NCBI GenBank assembly: GCA_046483985.1
Contig: JAWOCD010000005.1
Span: 52,655 to 116,654, forward strand
Origin: Promethearchaeia archaeon
GTDB taxonomy: Archaea > Asgardarchaeota > Lokiarchaeia > Sigyniarchaeales > SOKP01
Length of the DNA: 64,000 bases
Reading direction: 5' to 3'
The translations under genes were made by a program, and so were the position numbers. The number at the start of each line of letters is the position of its first letter. Position 1 is the stretch's first letter. Below are positions 39,104 to 49,229 of the stretch, piece by piece. Below the pieces are notes generated by a model, which worked only from the letters and a program-made list of their open reading frames with translations, had not been told where the DNA came from and ran no database searches.

Positions 39104-40451
39104 GCTTTTTTTTCAAATGAGATATAGAATATTCCACTTGTTCCACTGCTTTTCCGATATAATTTTCGGGGTTTAACAATTCATTTAATTCCTCGGAGCT
39201 AAAGTTTTCCTTAATCTGTTCATTTTGCATTAAAATTTTTTTCATGTGAATATCTTCTTCTTGCGCTTTAATTGCGGCTTTTCTTAAAATCTCATGTCCA
39301 TCTTGGCGCCCAATTCCACGACCCACCAATTCTACCATAACTTTTTCCGCTAAACATGCCCCTTTTGTGAGATTTAAATTCTTTTTAATATTTTCTTTAT
39401 TAAAGACCACTCCTTTCAAATTTTTATGTAACTGGTTGATCATAAAATCCAAAAAGATAAAATTTTCTGAAAAGAGCACACGTTCAGAGGCAGAATTGGT
39501 GAGGTCTCGTTCATCCTCCAAGATCATATTATCCAAAGCCGGAATAACGTTGGATTTCAAGATACGGGCTAAACTACAAATACGTTCCGACTTGTGCGGA
39601 TTTCTTTTATGAGGCATCGTGGAGCTGCCAACTTGCGATTTCTTAAATGGTTCAAACATCTCTGCAATTTCATTTCGCTGGAGGATCCTTTGTTCTCGAG
39701 CGATTTTTGCTAAAGTTTGTCCGATTAATGCAGTTAAGTTGATAACTTCTGCGTGTCGATCCCTTTGGACCACTTGGTTCGCGATAAGTACCGGATTAAG
39801 TCCAAGTTCCTTCATCGTCATTTCTTGAATCTTTGGTCCTTTTTCTCCAAAACTTGCCATGGTTCCAACCGCTCCGGACATTTTTCCATAGGAAATTTGC
39901 TCTTTAATTTGATCGATTCGTCCCAAGTGCCGACTAATCTCATATGCCCACACGCCGAATTTCATTCCATAGGTGGTTGGGATAGCATGTTGTCCATGAG
40001 TGCGACCGATGCAAACCAATTCTTTGGTTTCCTCCATTAAATTTATGAGAGTGCCTAATAGATTGGTAAGTGAGCTTTTAATATAACTTAATGCTTCAAC
40101 TAATTGTAAAGCAAGCGCGCTATCTTCAATATCATAACTGGTTGCGCCTAAATGGATATATTTCCCTGCATCCCCCTCACATTGCTCGGTCAACCCTTTC
40201 ACCATTGCCATTAAATCATGATGAATCTCTTTATCTATTTCTTTTACCCGCTCTATTTTAACATCGTTTGTATTTGCTTTTTTTGTGATTTCTTTTGCCG
40301 CCGCATCGGGAATATTCCCAACGCTGGCATGTACGCGTGCCAAAGCCGCTTCTACCTTAAGCCAATTCTCCAGCTTTTTCTCTTCGGTAAATAACTCTGC
40401 TATTTCCGTTCTATATCTGGTTTCAACAGGATGAATAAATTTATGCGTCAT
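39093..40451 (-). CDS. purB: Adenylosuccinate lyase
   Basis: HLGATS, GRTHGQHA and GSSTMPHKRNP motifs. Confidence 0.96.
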   Translation of the reverse strand: MTHKFIHPVETRYRTEIAELFTEEKKLENWLKVEAALARVHASVGNIPDAAAKEITKKANTNDVKIERVKEIDKEIHHDLMAMVKGLTEQCEGDAGKYIHLGATSYDIEDSALALQLVEALSYIKSSLTNLLGTLINLMEETKELVCIGRTHGQHAIPTTYGMKFGVWAYEISRHLGRIDQIKEQISYGKMSGAVGTMASFGEKGPKIQEMTMKELGLNPVLIANQVVQRDRHAEVINLTALIGQTLAKIAREQRILQRNEIAEMFEPFKKSQVGSSTMPHKRNPHKSERICSLARILKSNVIPALDNMILEDERDLTNSASERVLFSENFIFLDFMINQLHKNLKGVVFNKENIKKNLNLTKGACLAEKVMVELVGRGIGRQDGHEILRKAAIKAQEEDIHMKKILMQNEQIKENFSSEELNELLNPENYIGKAVEQVEYSISHLKKKHDI

Positions 40452-40633
40452 TTTATTGTTTTTACTTTATTTTATTTATATACATTATATAATATCTTTT
40501 CAAAAAAATAATATCTTCTCTAAATTTATCAACATTTTAACAAAACTCCGTTTATCTTTTTATTTTAAATTTTATATTACAAAAATTAATTACCCCCTTT
40601 TGGCTTATTAATTTCTTTCATTTCTTTTTTAGT

Positions 40634-40885
40634 ATGTACAATAATCTGAAAAAGTTTTATTTCTATAGATGTAGTCATTGTGGGAATTGGCATTACTCCG
40701 ATAAACGTATTAAGGTCAAAAAGTGCCTTTCATGTCACCGTTCCTTTACCTTTGAACATGCTAAAAAGTTTTCGAAGGAATGTACGACCTATGAGGCGAT
40801 ATCTGTAATGAAGGAATTAAAAAAACAAATGTCCAAAGAACAGTTAAATCCCCATCTTTATAAGATCAAAAGTATCTCAGACTAA
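40634..40885 (+). CDS. Small zinc-ribbon protein (DUF1922-like)
   Basis: RCSHCG...KKCLSCH. Confidence 0.7.
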   Translation: MYNNLKKFYFYRCSHCGNWHYSDKRIKVKKCLSCHRSFTFEHAKKFSKECTTYEAISVMKELKKQMSKEQLNPHLYKIKSISD

Positions 40886-40999
40886 ACTCTTTCTTTTATA
40901 ATTTCCTATTTTTTTATGGTTTAAATCTGTTGTAATCATTATAAACCATGCAGCCTAATTTTATTATATACAAGCCAATAATATAATTTAACATTAATT

Positions 41000-42658
41000 A
41001 TGAGAATAAGAACCAGAGAGAAGATTAAAAAGAAAAATGCTGCAATCACGTTATTATTTTTATTACCGCTTATTGGATTCAGTACCTACGCAGCTGGGGC
41101 CTTATATATCCTCGACGACATGACATCCTATACTTTTGACGAAAAAATCAAACCAGACGTCGACCATTTTTATGAAAGGGAGGATATTAACAATACGCTT
41201 TTAGCGGAAATTGCCAAGCAGTTGGAAATCAGGAATAATGAATATCATCTCCCCACGAATCTAAGCGTCAGTCTTTATATGAAGGATTATAATTATGATA
41301 ACGTAAGTAAATATAGAATGAACGAGAATGCTGGCCTCCGCGGAGGAGAGTTACTCTTCTCTGAATGTTTGCGCTATGCTACAGCTAAACGAGAAAATAA
41401 TTCTTGGGCAAAAAACCATTCAATGACTGTCATAAGAAAATTAGTCGATGGTTTTGCTAAGCTTATGGAAGTTCCTAATGGGGGACTGGGACCGGAGTAC
41501 TCGGGAATTCTAGCTCGCTTCTATGCCGCTCCCGAACATAAAGAAATTTTCCCGAAAATGTTTCAATCGCATTATAAACATTTTAATGGCTCTGATCCCG
41601 AGTATAAAAATTGGCGAGTTAGATTGAAAACCTCCAAGGATGAATTGGGAGGATATGCTCTCGGATTGGCTTCAATCCTTAAATTTATTGATCCCGATGA
41701 TTCAAGCGATGCGAGCTGGTGCCATGAAACAGTGAAATTGATTATCGATCAACTCCTAACAGGGTTTTTGAAGAACGATTGGCTTCTTTTAGATGGAGAT
41801 GGATGGCCAGATGGTGTTGATCTTCATCCGTATTTCTTTTCTGGTGGGGCCTGGCAACTCACCTATCTTAAACTAGGTGCTATAGCCTACCCCAAGAAAT
41901 ATGAATCCAAATATAACTACTATGCATCGAAAACGATAAATCATCATATCGCAGGAGGGGGATCTTCGCATAATACGGTAATGGAATTCTTTGCGTACAA
42001 TTTCGCTCAAGCACTAGTATTCGCATTGATCATGTTGGAGGAAGACCCCAATTTACAACAGTTATACATTAAGTTATTCGAAGAGAGCTTCTATAACGTT
42101 CTAAAATATCATAGAAATGCGTGGCATAATGCAGCACATCTTGCCTTTATGACTATGTTGGGAGACCAAAAAAGAAAGCAATTTGAAAATGATAATTATA
42201 AAGATGATACGATTGAGTGGGACGTGCTCGATCAATTATATCGGTTTAAAGATTGGGTCAATCCTAAAGGAATGTCACTGACCAAGAAACAGTGGGGTGT
42301 TAGAGATTATAACCTTACACAGCGCCCGCATTCCACACGAGCAACCAGTAACAATCCTGAGATAAGAAAGATGGTACGAGATCCTACTCCAAAAAGATGG
42401 CGAGAATTTTTCGATAACCATCCATTTGGAAGTCTTTATGCTTGGTTGGAAGAGGATTTATTGGACTTTGAAGATCATTATCTTCTCCCCGTTACTGTTT
42501 CAGAGCAAGGTGGCGCTGCAATAATTTGGAATCGAAATGCGTTCTATACAGAGGGAGGAGACCCCAACAGCAACGGACTTAAGGAAAACCGGGGATTAAG
42601 TTTTCTGTTACCTTACTGGATCGGAAGATATTACGGTTTTATCGACGGTCCCAATTAA
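41000..42658 (+). CDS. Membrane-anchored or secreted hypothetical protein (probably alpha-helical toroid)
   Basis: Basic N-terminus plus a hydrophobic anchor; aromatic-rich helical body ending in LLPYWIGRYYG. Confidence 0.75.
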   Translation: MRIRTREKIKKKNAAITLLFLLPLIGFSTYAAGALYILDDMTSYTFDEKIKPDVDHFYEREDINNTLLAEIAKQLEIRNNEYHLPTNLSVSLYMKDYNYDNVSKYRMNENAGLRGGELLFSECLRYATAKRENNSWAKNHSMTVIRKLVDGFAKLMEVPNGGLGPEYSGILARFYAAPEHKEIFPKMFQSHYKHFNGSDPEYKNWRVRLKTSKDELGGYALGLASILKFIDPDDSSDASWCHETVKLIIDQLLTGFLKNDWLLLDGDGWPDGVDLHPYFFSGGAWQLTYLKLGAIAYPKKYESKYNYYASKTINHHIAGGGSSHNTVMEFFAYNFAQALVFALIMLEEDPNLQQLYIKLFEESFYNVLKYHRNAWHNAAHLAFMTMLGDQKRKQFENDNYKDDTIEWDVLDQLYRFKDWVNPKGMSLTKKQWGVRDYNLTQRPHSTRATSNNPEIRKMVRDPTPKRWREFFDNHPFGSLYAWLEEDLLDFEDHYLLPVTVSEQGGAAIIWNRNAFYTEGGDPNSNGLKENRGLSFLLPYWIGRYYGFIDGPN

Positions 42659-42734
42659 CTCTCTATTTCTTCTTTTTTTTTAGACTTAAATAATAAAATT
42701 CTAATAGTATGTGATAGATTGAAGAATATTAGAG

Positions 42735-44192
42735 ATGAAGTTTTCTGAACAAACGAATGAACAATCTAAATTATTAGACTCCTCTTTGATTAAAAAGTTA
42801 AATAAACTCGCGAAGGATAATATTGATTATTGGGATCTCCGCTGTGAATTGGGTACTGGCTCTTTATTAGAATTTACAGATGGTAAAAGTAAAGAGGTTT
42901 CCGCTTATGATTCTGTTAACCTAGGGATCCGTACATTTAAGAATGGTGGATGGGGTTTTGTTGTTTTAAAAGAAATATCCAAGGAAAAAATAATTGAATC
43001 TTTTTCAAGGGCTATGAAACTTGCTAAGTTTACTGAATCCCTCTGTAAAACAAAATTTCAGATTCGGGAACAAGACCCGATAGAAGATTCTTTTGAAATC
43101 AAGCCCAAAAAGGATTTAATGGATACCGGCATCGATATTAAGATTGATTTGGTCAAGGAACACGAAAAAATGGCTGCAGATTATTCTGACAGGATTAAAA
43201 ACACAAGAACTTTATATATGGACTCCCTAGTCAGAAAATTATTTTTCAACTCTTGGGGCAGTGATATTCGACAAGATATCTCATTACTCCGGTTATATTG
43301 TACTGTATATTCCCAAGAGAATCAAATTCTGCAGAAATCTTCAAATTCTGTGGGAGGATTGGGAGGATTTGAAATAGTTAAAACGCCTAAAGCGAGAAAT
43401 ATCAGTAAAAAATCCGCTAAGGAAGCTATAGAATTGCTCAGCGCAAAATCTCCCTCGGGAGGAAAATTTACGGTAATCATGGATCCAGATTTGACTGGAA
43501 CATTTATACATGAAGCATTTGGTCATGCGGCTGAAGCGGACCATATTTTAAATAAGGAAAGTATCTTAGCAGGTAAAATTGGAAAACAGGTTGCTTTAGA
43601 AAAAGTTAATATAATTGATAATCCAAAAATGGGACGAGGGAAACAATACGGATTGCCTTATGAATTATACGGGAGTTATTTTGTAGATGATGAGGGAATT
43701 CCGGTTCAAGAGACCACTATTATTGAGAACGGAATCTTGAAAAATTTTCTTCATAATCTGGAAACCGCCTCCCGAATGAATGAAACTCCAAATGGTCATG
43801 GCAGAGCTTCATCTGCAGCTACTCGTCCTCAAGTAAGAATGGGAATTACTACCCTACAACCCGGAGATTGGAGTTTAGAAGAAATGATTGAAGACACAAA
43901 AAATGGCATACTGTGTGAAGATTTCCAATACGGATATTGTGACCCCAGTACAGGAAACTTTCAATTCAAATGTAAGTTATCTTATCGGATTGAAAATGGT
44001 GAAAAAAAGGAAATGATGAGAGATGTAGCTTTATCTGGTATGACATTGGAAGTATTGAATAAAATTACTGCCTTTGGAAAAGATCTCGACTTCTCTGATG
44101 GTCATTGCGGAAAAAGAGGGCAGACTGTAAGAGTCTGTGACGGCGGACCCTATTTAAGAGTTAAAAATGTAACTGTGGGGGGATTAAATTAA
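42735..44192 (+). CDS. tldD: TldD metalloprotease subunit
   Basis: HEAFGHAAEAD, DDEG and CGK.GQ...V.DGGP motifs. Confidence 0.93.
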   Translation: MKFSEQTNEQSKLLDSSLIKKLNKLAKDNIDYWDLRCELGTGSLLEFTDGKSKEVSAYDSVNLGIRTFKNGGWGFVVLKEISKEKIIESFSRAMKLAKFTESLCKTKFQIREQDPIEDSFEIKPKKDLMDTGIDIKIDLVKEHEKMAADYSDRIKNTRTLYMDSLVRKLFFNSWGSDIRQDISLLRLYCTVYSQENQILQKSSNSVGGLGGFEIVKTPKARNISKKSAKEAIELLSAKSPSGGKFTVIMDPDLTGTFIHEAFGHAAEADHILNKESILAGKIGKQVALEKVNIIDNPKMGRGKQYGLPYELYGSYFVDDEGIPVQETTIIENGILKNFLHNLETASRMNETPNGHGRASSAATRPQVRMGITTLQPGDWSLEEMIEDTKNGILCEDFQYGYCDPSTGNFQFKCKLSYRIENGEKKEMMRDVALSGMTLEVLNKITAFGKDLDFSDGHCGKRGQTVRVCDGGPYLRVKNVTVGGLN

Positions 44193-45565
44193 TGTTTGAG
44201 AAAAATAGAGTTTTTGATCTGGCGAAATTTACCTTAGATTTAGCGGAAAAGAAAACCACTGCAATTAAATGTGCGGAACTTTATTTTAGTGTAAATAAAT
44301 ACTTGGATGTAGAAATTGAAGAGAATTCCATTAAGAATAGCGAGTTGGGAACAGATTTCGGCACTAGTTTACGATTGATAGATAATCGGGGCTCTTTGGG
44401 ATTTGCATTCACCAATTATATTGAAAAAGACTCCCTACAGAAATTAGTTTCACGCTCCATTAAAATGATGCGGGCGGGTACCCCAGATCCAGACTTCAAA
44501 AATTTACCTAGTCCTCCAGCCAAATATCCAAATATACAGAATTTATACGATAAGAACTTGAAAAATATTGAAATCGAAGAAGGAATTAATTATGTGGAAG
44601 AGATGATCAATCTCTGTAAAAGGGATGAAAAAGCAATTTCCCAATCAGCAGAATTTTCGGTAAATTATTTTGAAGAATATATTTTCAATTCAAACGGAAT
44701 AGAAGCGTCAGGAAAAGGAACAAATGTATCCGTCTCTTCGAATATGATAGCCAAAGATCCTATTTCCAAAGAAACATCTTTCGGATATGATTGGCAATCT
44801 GAACGACAATTAGAAGATATCAAACCCAAAACAGTGGCAGAGACTGCTCTTAAAAAGGCAAAACGTAATTTAAATCGGATCAAGATCAAGAATATGAGGG
44901 CCCCCCTTATTTTAACTCCGACTGGAACAATTAATTTAATATTACGTCCCCTTGCTTCTGCCATTAACGGAGAAACTTTTCAATATAAACGAAGCTTTTT
45001 AGTAGGGAAACGCAAGAAAAAAATTGGAGTGGATGCCCTTTCAATCACTGATGATGCCCTTATTGATGGTGCCGTGGGCTCCGATATTTTCGATGCAGAA
45101 GGGGTACCTGGACAATCTCAAACAATAATCAAGAACGGAAAATTTCTGAAAACAGCCCTTCTTCACAATAGCTATACCGCCCATAAAGCTGGAGTAAAGA
45201 GCACTGGAAATGCGAGCAGAAGTTCTTATAAAGGCATCCCCTCGATCTCCTCGACAAATTTTAAGATGGAGCCCGGGGATTATGGTCAGGAAGAAATTAT
45301 TGAAGAGGTCAAAAAAGGCATTTTGTTGGATTATACCGGAGATTCGCCGAACATCACGACGGGAGATTTTTCGGGGTTGATTCTCCAAGGAAATCTCATT
45401 GAAAATGGTGAGATCAGCAAACCACTTAATGAAACGATGATAGGTGTGAATCTATTGGATTTATTCCAAAAAATTGAAGCTATCTCAGATCAGCAAAAAG
45501 TATACGGTAAATTCTTTGCCCCATGGGTGAAAGTTAGAGAAGTGCAGATTATAGGTTCCAAATAA
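44192..45565 (+). CDS. pmbA: TldE/PmbA subunit
   Basis: FDAEGVP, STGNA and TGDFS motifs; lacks HExxxH; coupled to tldD. Confidence 0.9.
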   Translation: MFEKNRVFDLAKFTLDLAEKKTTAIKCAELYFSVNKYLDVEIEENSIKNSELGTDFGTSLRLIDNRGSLGFAFTNYIEKDSLQKLVSRSIKMMRAGTPDPDFKNLPSPPAKYPNIQNLYDKNLKNIEIEEGINYVEEMINLCKRDEKAISQSAEFSVNYFEEYIFNSNGIEASGKGTNVSVSSNMIAKDPISKETSFGYDWQSERQLEDIKPKTVAETALKKAKRNLNRIKIKNMRAPLILTPTGTINLILRPLASAINGETFQYKRSFLVGKRKKKIGVDALSITDDALIDGAVGSDIFDAEGVPGQSQTIIKNGKFLKTALLHNSYTAHKAGVKSTGNASRSSYKGIPSISSTNFKMEPGDYGQEEIIEEVKKGILLDYTGDSPNITTGDFSGLILQGNLIENGEISKPLNETMIGVNLLDLFQKIEAISDQQKVYGKFFAPWVKVREVQIIGSK

Positions 45566-45596
45566 TTTTCTTTCTATTTTTATTTCTTCTCAATTT

Positions 45597-46282
45597 TTAG
45601 AAATTAAATAAATACGGGATAATTGAATAATTTGAACCAATAACTGCAGTAATATCGGTAATGATATGGATAAAAAAGAGGGGTAACATAGATTTGGTTT
45701 TTTCGTATAGGAAGATATAGCCCAGAACGATGATAAATTGCGAAATAAAAAAGATCTCGTAATAGGGGGATGTTTGTCCGAATTGCATAAGAAATTTATC
45801 CCAGAATAAGGCATGGATCATTCCCACGAAAATAAGGCTCATTACGAGCCCAACTATTCTTAAGAAATTTTTCTTCGCGCCCGAATATTCTTGGTTAGCG
45901 AATGCTTCGAATAGATAGATCCATAGAATTTGTTCCATAAAGGCATTTATTGGCGCCCAAAAAATCAATGTGGAAAAACACCCCATGGATTTGAACTTTC
46001 AAGGTAAACAATATTTTGTAATCCCGCCCATTGGGTAATGATTTGGACGGCAATAAGGATTATAAATAAGGGAAGCGCCCAGTTCTTAGGCGCCCCATAA
46101 TCCAAGGTCTTTTTTCGCCAATATGGCAATCCAATGCATCCTACTCCATATTACAACGATAAAGGGATGAGCGCACCAGTTATTTCAAATAAGAGCGCAC
46201 ATACAAGAGGGAAAAAAAAGCTAAAGCCACTTGCTATCATAATATCGCTGAAATTTGCCCTAAATTGTTTTTCACATCTCAT
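45597..46282 (-). pseudogene. Disrupted membrane protein gene (CPBP-like)
   Basis: ATG 46282 (MRCEKQFRANFSDIMIASG...), premature TAA at 46151-46153, then a frameshift in a T5 run near 45975 joining the frame STLIFWAPINAFMEQILW...IHALFW...IHIITD. Confidence 0.75.
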
Positions 46283-46289
46283 ACTTTCT

Positions 46290-46817
46290 TCAGGCCGTGA
46301 CATTAAAACGTAGATATACAATATCATAAAACTCCTCAGTTTCCTCTCCCGTAACCTCCCAGAGTTCTAAAATGAGGAGTCTATTTGTGCCGTTTTTATG
46401 GTACGAGATGCTGAGTTGTTCAGAAGTCCAATCATTCTCCAATTCTAATGTAGTTTTCTTTACCGTAAAATTTAAGTCTGCGTTTTTAGATCCGTTTGAA
46501 CTAAGTTCCGTTTCCTTGTTATCTTTCAAGACCTTTATTATAAATGTAAACGGACGTTCCAGGTGATTTTCCACGTAGGCATAGAAATGTACATCTTCTC
46601 CGACGGTGATATTGGTTGGATAATCCTCGGCTTTTTTTTCTGAATTAAGAATTCCAAATCCCACAAATCCTGGGTCTGGATTGACTATATAAAAAATAAT
46701 AAATCCGGATACCACAATTATACCTAAAATTAAGCTAATTTTTATGATCTGCCCAAAACTCTGGTAACTGGACTCGTCTTCTTGCGCCTCGCCATTAGGT
46801 GGAAGTTTGTTTTTCAA
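46290..46817 (-). CDS. DUF1616-like membrane-anchored protein
   Basis: One TM helix followed by FGILNSEKKAEDYP and VENH in a beta-rich domain. Confidence 0.75.
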   Translation of the reverse strand: MKNKLPPNGEAQEDESSYQSFGQIIKISLILGIIVVSGFIIFYIVNPDPGFVGFGILNSEKKAEDYPTNITVGEDVHFYAYVENHLERPFTFIIKVLKDNKETELSSNGSKNADLNFTVKKTTLELENDWTSEQLSISYHKNGTNRLLILELWEVTGEETEEFYDIVYLRFNVTA

Positions 46818-46932
46818 AATCTTTAAACCATACTATTGTTTTTTTTAATCCTTCTTTTAAATCTGGGGGATTTATTCCCAATTGAGAATCTCTTTCGCCT
46901 GAATATAATACTTCAATATACATGTCCTTGAT

Positions 46933-48000
46933 TTATCGTTGAATAACCCCTTTCATCCATTCCAGAGTCTTTGATATTCCTTCTTCAATTTCTATTGTTG
47001 GCGTCCAACCCACAATTCTTTTTATTCTACTCAAGTCTGGACACCTTCTTTGTGGATCTCCTTCTGGTAATTCACGATAAACTAACTCAGATTTTGAATT
47101 AGCTAATTCTTTAATAGTTTTTGCTAAATTCAAAATAGACATCTCATTGTCATTCCCTAAATTCATAACCTTACCAATGGCTTCTTTAGTTGAAATCATT
47201 CTTAAAAATCCTTCGATTTCATCAACAACATAAGTAAATGAACGGGTTTGGTTTCCCGTACCGAATATTTCAATGGGCTTATCCAAGAGGGCGGAATGGC
47301 AGAAATTACTTACAGCTCTCCCCCATAAAGGACCCCATTTCATCCTAGGTCCATAGGTATTAAAAATTCTCACGATTGATACTTTAACCTTATGACGAAG
47401 CTCGTAAGCTTTGCAGAATGCTTCGCCGGTCCTCTTACTTTCATCATAAGGAGCTCTAATTGATAGAGGATCTACATTTCCGTTATATTCTTCACTCGTT
47501 GGAATGTGCTCAGAAGGAACATCCCCGTATATTTCCGATGTAGATGTAAAAAACAGAAGCGCGTTATGAGCTTTAGCAATTCCTAAAGCGTTCATCGTAC
47601 CTATTGTATTACTTTTTAATATTGAAATTGGATGCGCCTCGAACTCAAATGGTGAAGCTCGGCTTGCCATATGCATAACAATATCAATATTGGGAATGTC
47701 TGCTACGGATGCACCTCGAGAATGTTGACTGAATCCAAAAAAGATAGGTTTTGAAATATCGTAATGGATAAACCGAAAATTATCTTTTCCAATATTATGG
47801 TTTATGTTTTGATAACTTCCAGAAGTGAGGTTATCAAGACATATGCAGTACGCACCTTGAGATACAAGAACATCACAAACCCATGATCCTAAAAATCCCG
47901 CTCCACCGGTTACTAAAACAACCTTATCTTCGAATGAGATATTGTTTTCTTCTAATCTTCGATTAATCTCTTTAATATCATTAGTTATAAGATCCTTCAT
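46933..48000 (-). CDS. UDP-glucuronate decarboxylase-like NAD-dependent epimerase/dehydratase
   Basis: VTGGAGFLGS, ASRASP, TSTSEIYGD, YDESKR and RIFNTYGPRM motifs. Confidence 0.92.
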   Translation of the reverse strand: MKDLITNDIKEINRRLEENNISFEDKVVLVTGGAGFLGSWVCDVLVSQGAYCICLDNLTSGSYQNINHNIGKDNFRFIHYDISKPIFFGFSQHSRGASVADIPNIDIVMHMASRASPFEFEAHPISILKSNTIGTMNALGIAKAHNALLFFTSTSEIYGDVPSEHIPTSEEYNGNVDPLSIRAPYDESKRTGEAFCKAYELRHKVKVSIVRIFNTYGPRMKWGPLWGRAVSNFCHSALLDKPIEIFGTGNQTRSFTYVVDEIEGFLRMISTKEAIGKVMNLGNDNEMSILNLAKTIKELANSKSELVYRELPEGDPQRRCPDLSRIKRIVGWTPTIEIEEGISKTLEWMKGVIQR

Positions 48001-48105
48001 TGAGATTATAAATAAACAAAAAAATAAAAAGATTTCAAAAAAGATTAGGAGTAGAAAAGTTTTCTTTGTCTGCGGAATTCTTTTGTTATGAATTTTACCA
48101 CTAAA

Positions 48106-48275
48106 GTGCGAGAAAGCATCGTCCTTTAGGGCGGTGATGAATCGTACATATATTTATACGGGGGCGCTACTATAATGTAATTGATGGACTACAACCAAGT
48201 TCATCTTCAACCGTAGGGACTCCGGGGCTGGGGTTTGGAGAAGATGTCAGACTGATGGTATGTCAGCAAATTGTC
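48106..48275 (+). mobile_element. IS200/IS605 remnant: left-end hairpin plus a fragment resembling the tnpB 3' end/reRNA
   Basis: GAAAGCATCGTCCTTTAGGGCGGTGATGAAT hairpin; downstream CCGTAGGGACTCCGGG...GGAGAAGATGTCAGAC resembles tnpB right-end sequences. Confidence 0.65.
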
Positions 48276-48468
48276 TCATTTTTAACGTCAATAAACAGTT
48301 CCAGACGGAATGTTTCCTCAAAACAACTGGATCTGAAAAACAGTAATAACCCTCATCCGCTTACGTAAAAAAGTTCATCAATTTTGGGTTGTATTTCCTT
48401 AATGCATTAAGGAAAACTAATTATTTTGGAATAAAACTTAGTTTAGACTAAGAAAAGGATTTTAGAAA

Positions 48469-49077
48469 TTATTCTGTCTTCTGCCCGCAATATTGGCAGA
48501 ACTTAAGTTCAGTAGGGTATAATTTTCCACAATTGGGACATAGTCTTAATGAATTTTTTAAAATTTCACTTCCCAACATTTCAAAGGCCTCCTCTACGTT
48601 TTTACCGGTCTTTGCGGACGTATTGATAATTTCGCCTTTAAAATTATATTGATCAAATATCTTTTGCGCATCCTCCTCTGTAACTCTTCGTTGCTCTTCC
48701 AAATCCGCTTTTGCTTCTACCAATAATTTTGTACGTGGAGGATTTGGTACCCCTTCAATAACCGATATCCACTCATGAATTTCTTTCAAGGATTTCTTAC
48801 TTGTGATGTCATAGAGAAGCATCGCTCCCGAGGCACCAGATACATAACTCGGAAATAAGACTCGGAACCTCTTCTCACCGCCAAAATCCCAAAGGTTCAA
48901 GAGGATATCAATCTTCTCGTCTCCTTCTGGTTTATTTATCTTTAGCTTTTTTGTTTCAAAATCCACTCCGATTGTGGATAATGTGGATTTCTGAAATTTT
49001 CCAGTTGCATATCGGCGTAACAATGAGGTTTTACCAACGTTTTTTGCTCCTCCGATGACAACTTTAAATTTGATCAT
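48469..49077 (-). CDS. Rab-like small GTPase with a C-terminal zinc ribbon
   Basis: GAKNVGKTS, STIGVDF, WDFGG, AKAD and TSAKTG motifs; C-terminal CPNC...CQYC. Confidence 0.93.
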   Translation of the reverse strand: MIKFKVVIGGAKNVGKTSLLRRYATGKFQKSTLSTIGVDFETKKLKINKPEGDEKIDILLNLWDFGGEKRFRVLFPSYVSGASGAMLLYDITSKKSLKEIHEWISVIEGVPNPPRTKLLVEAKADLEEQRRVTEEDAQKIFDQYNFKGEIINTSAKTGKNVEEAFEMLGSEILKNSLRLCPNCGKLYPTELKFCQYCGQKTE

Positions 49078-49229
49078 TTTTTACACCTTTAAAAACTTAG
49101 TTTCCTTTATTCCTTTTCTTTTGATATAAATAAAGTCCCCAAGTTTCATTAATTTAATTATAATTAATATTATTCCTGTTAGTTAAAAATTTTATTTCTC
49201 TTGGAATTTACTGAAAATGAGCTGAGAAA

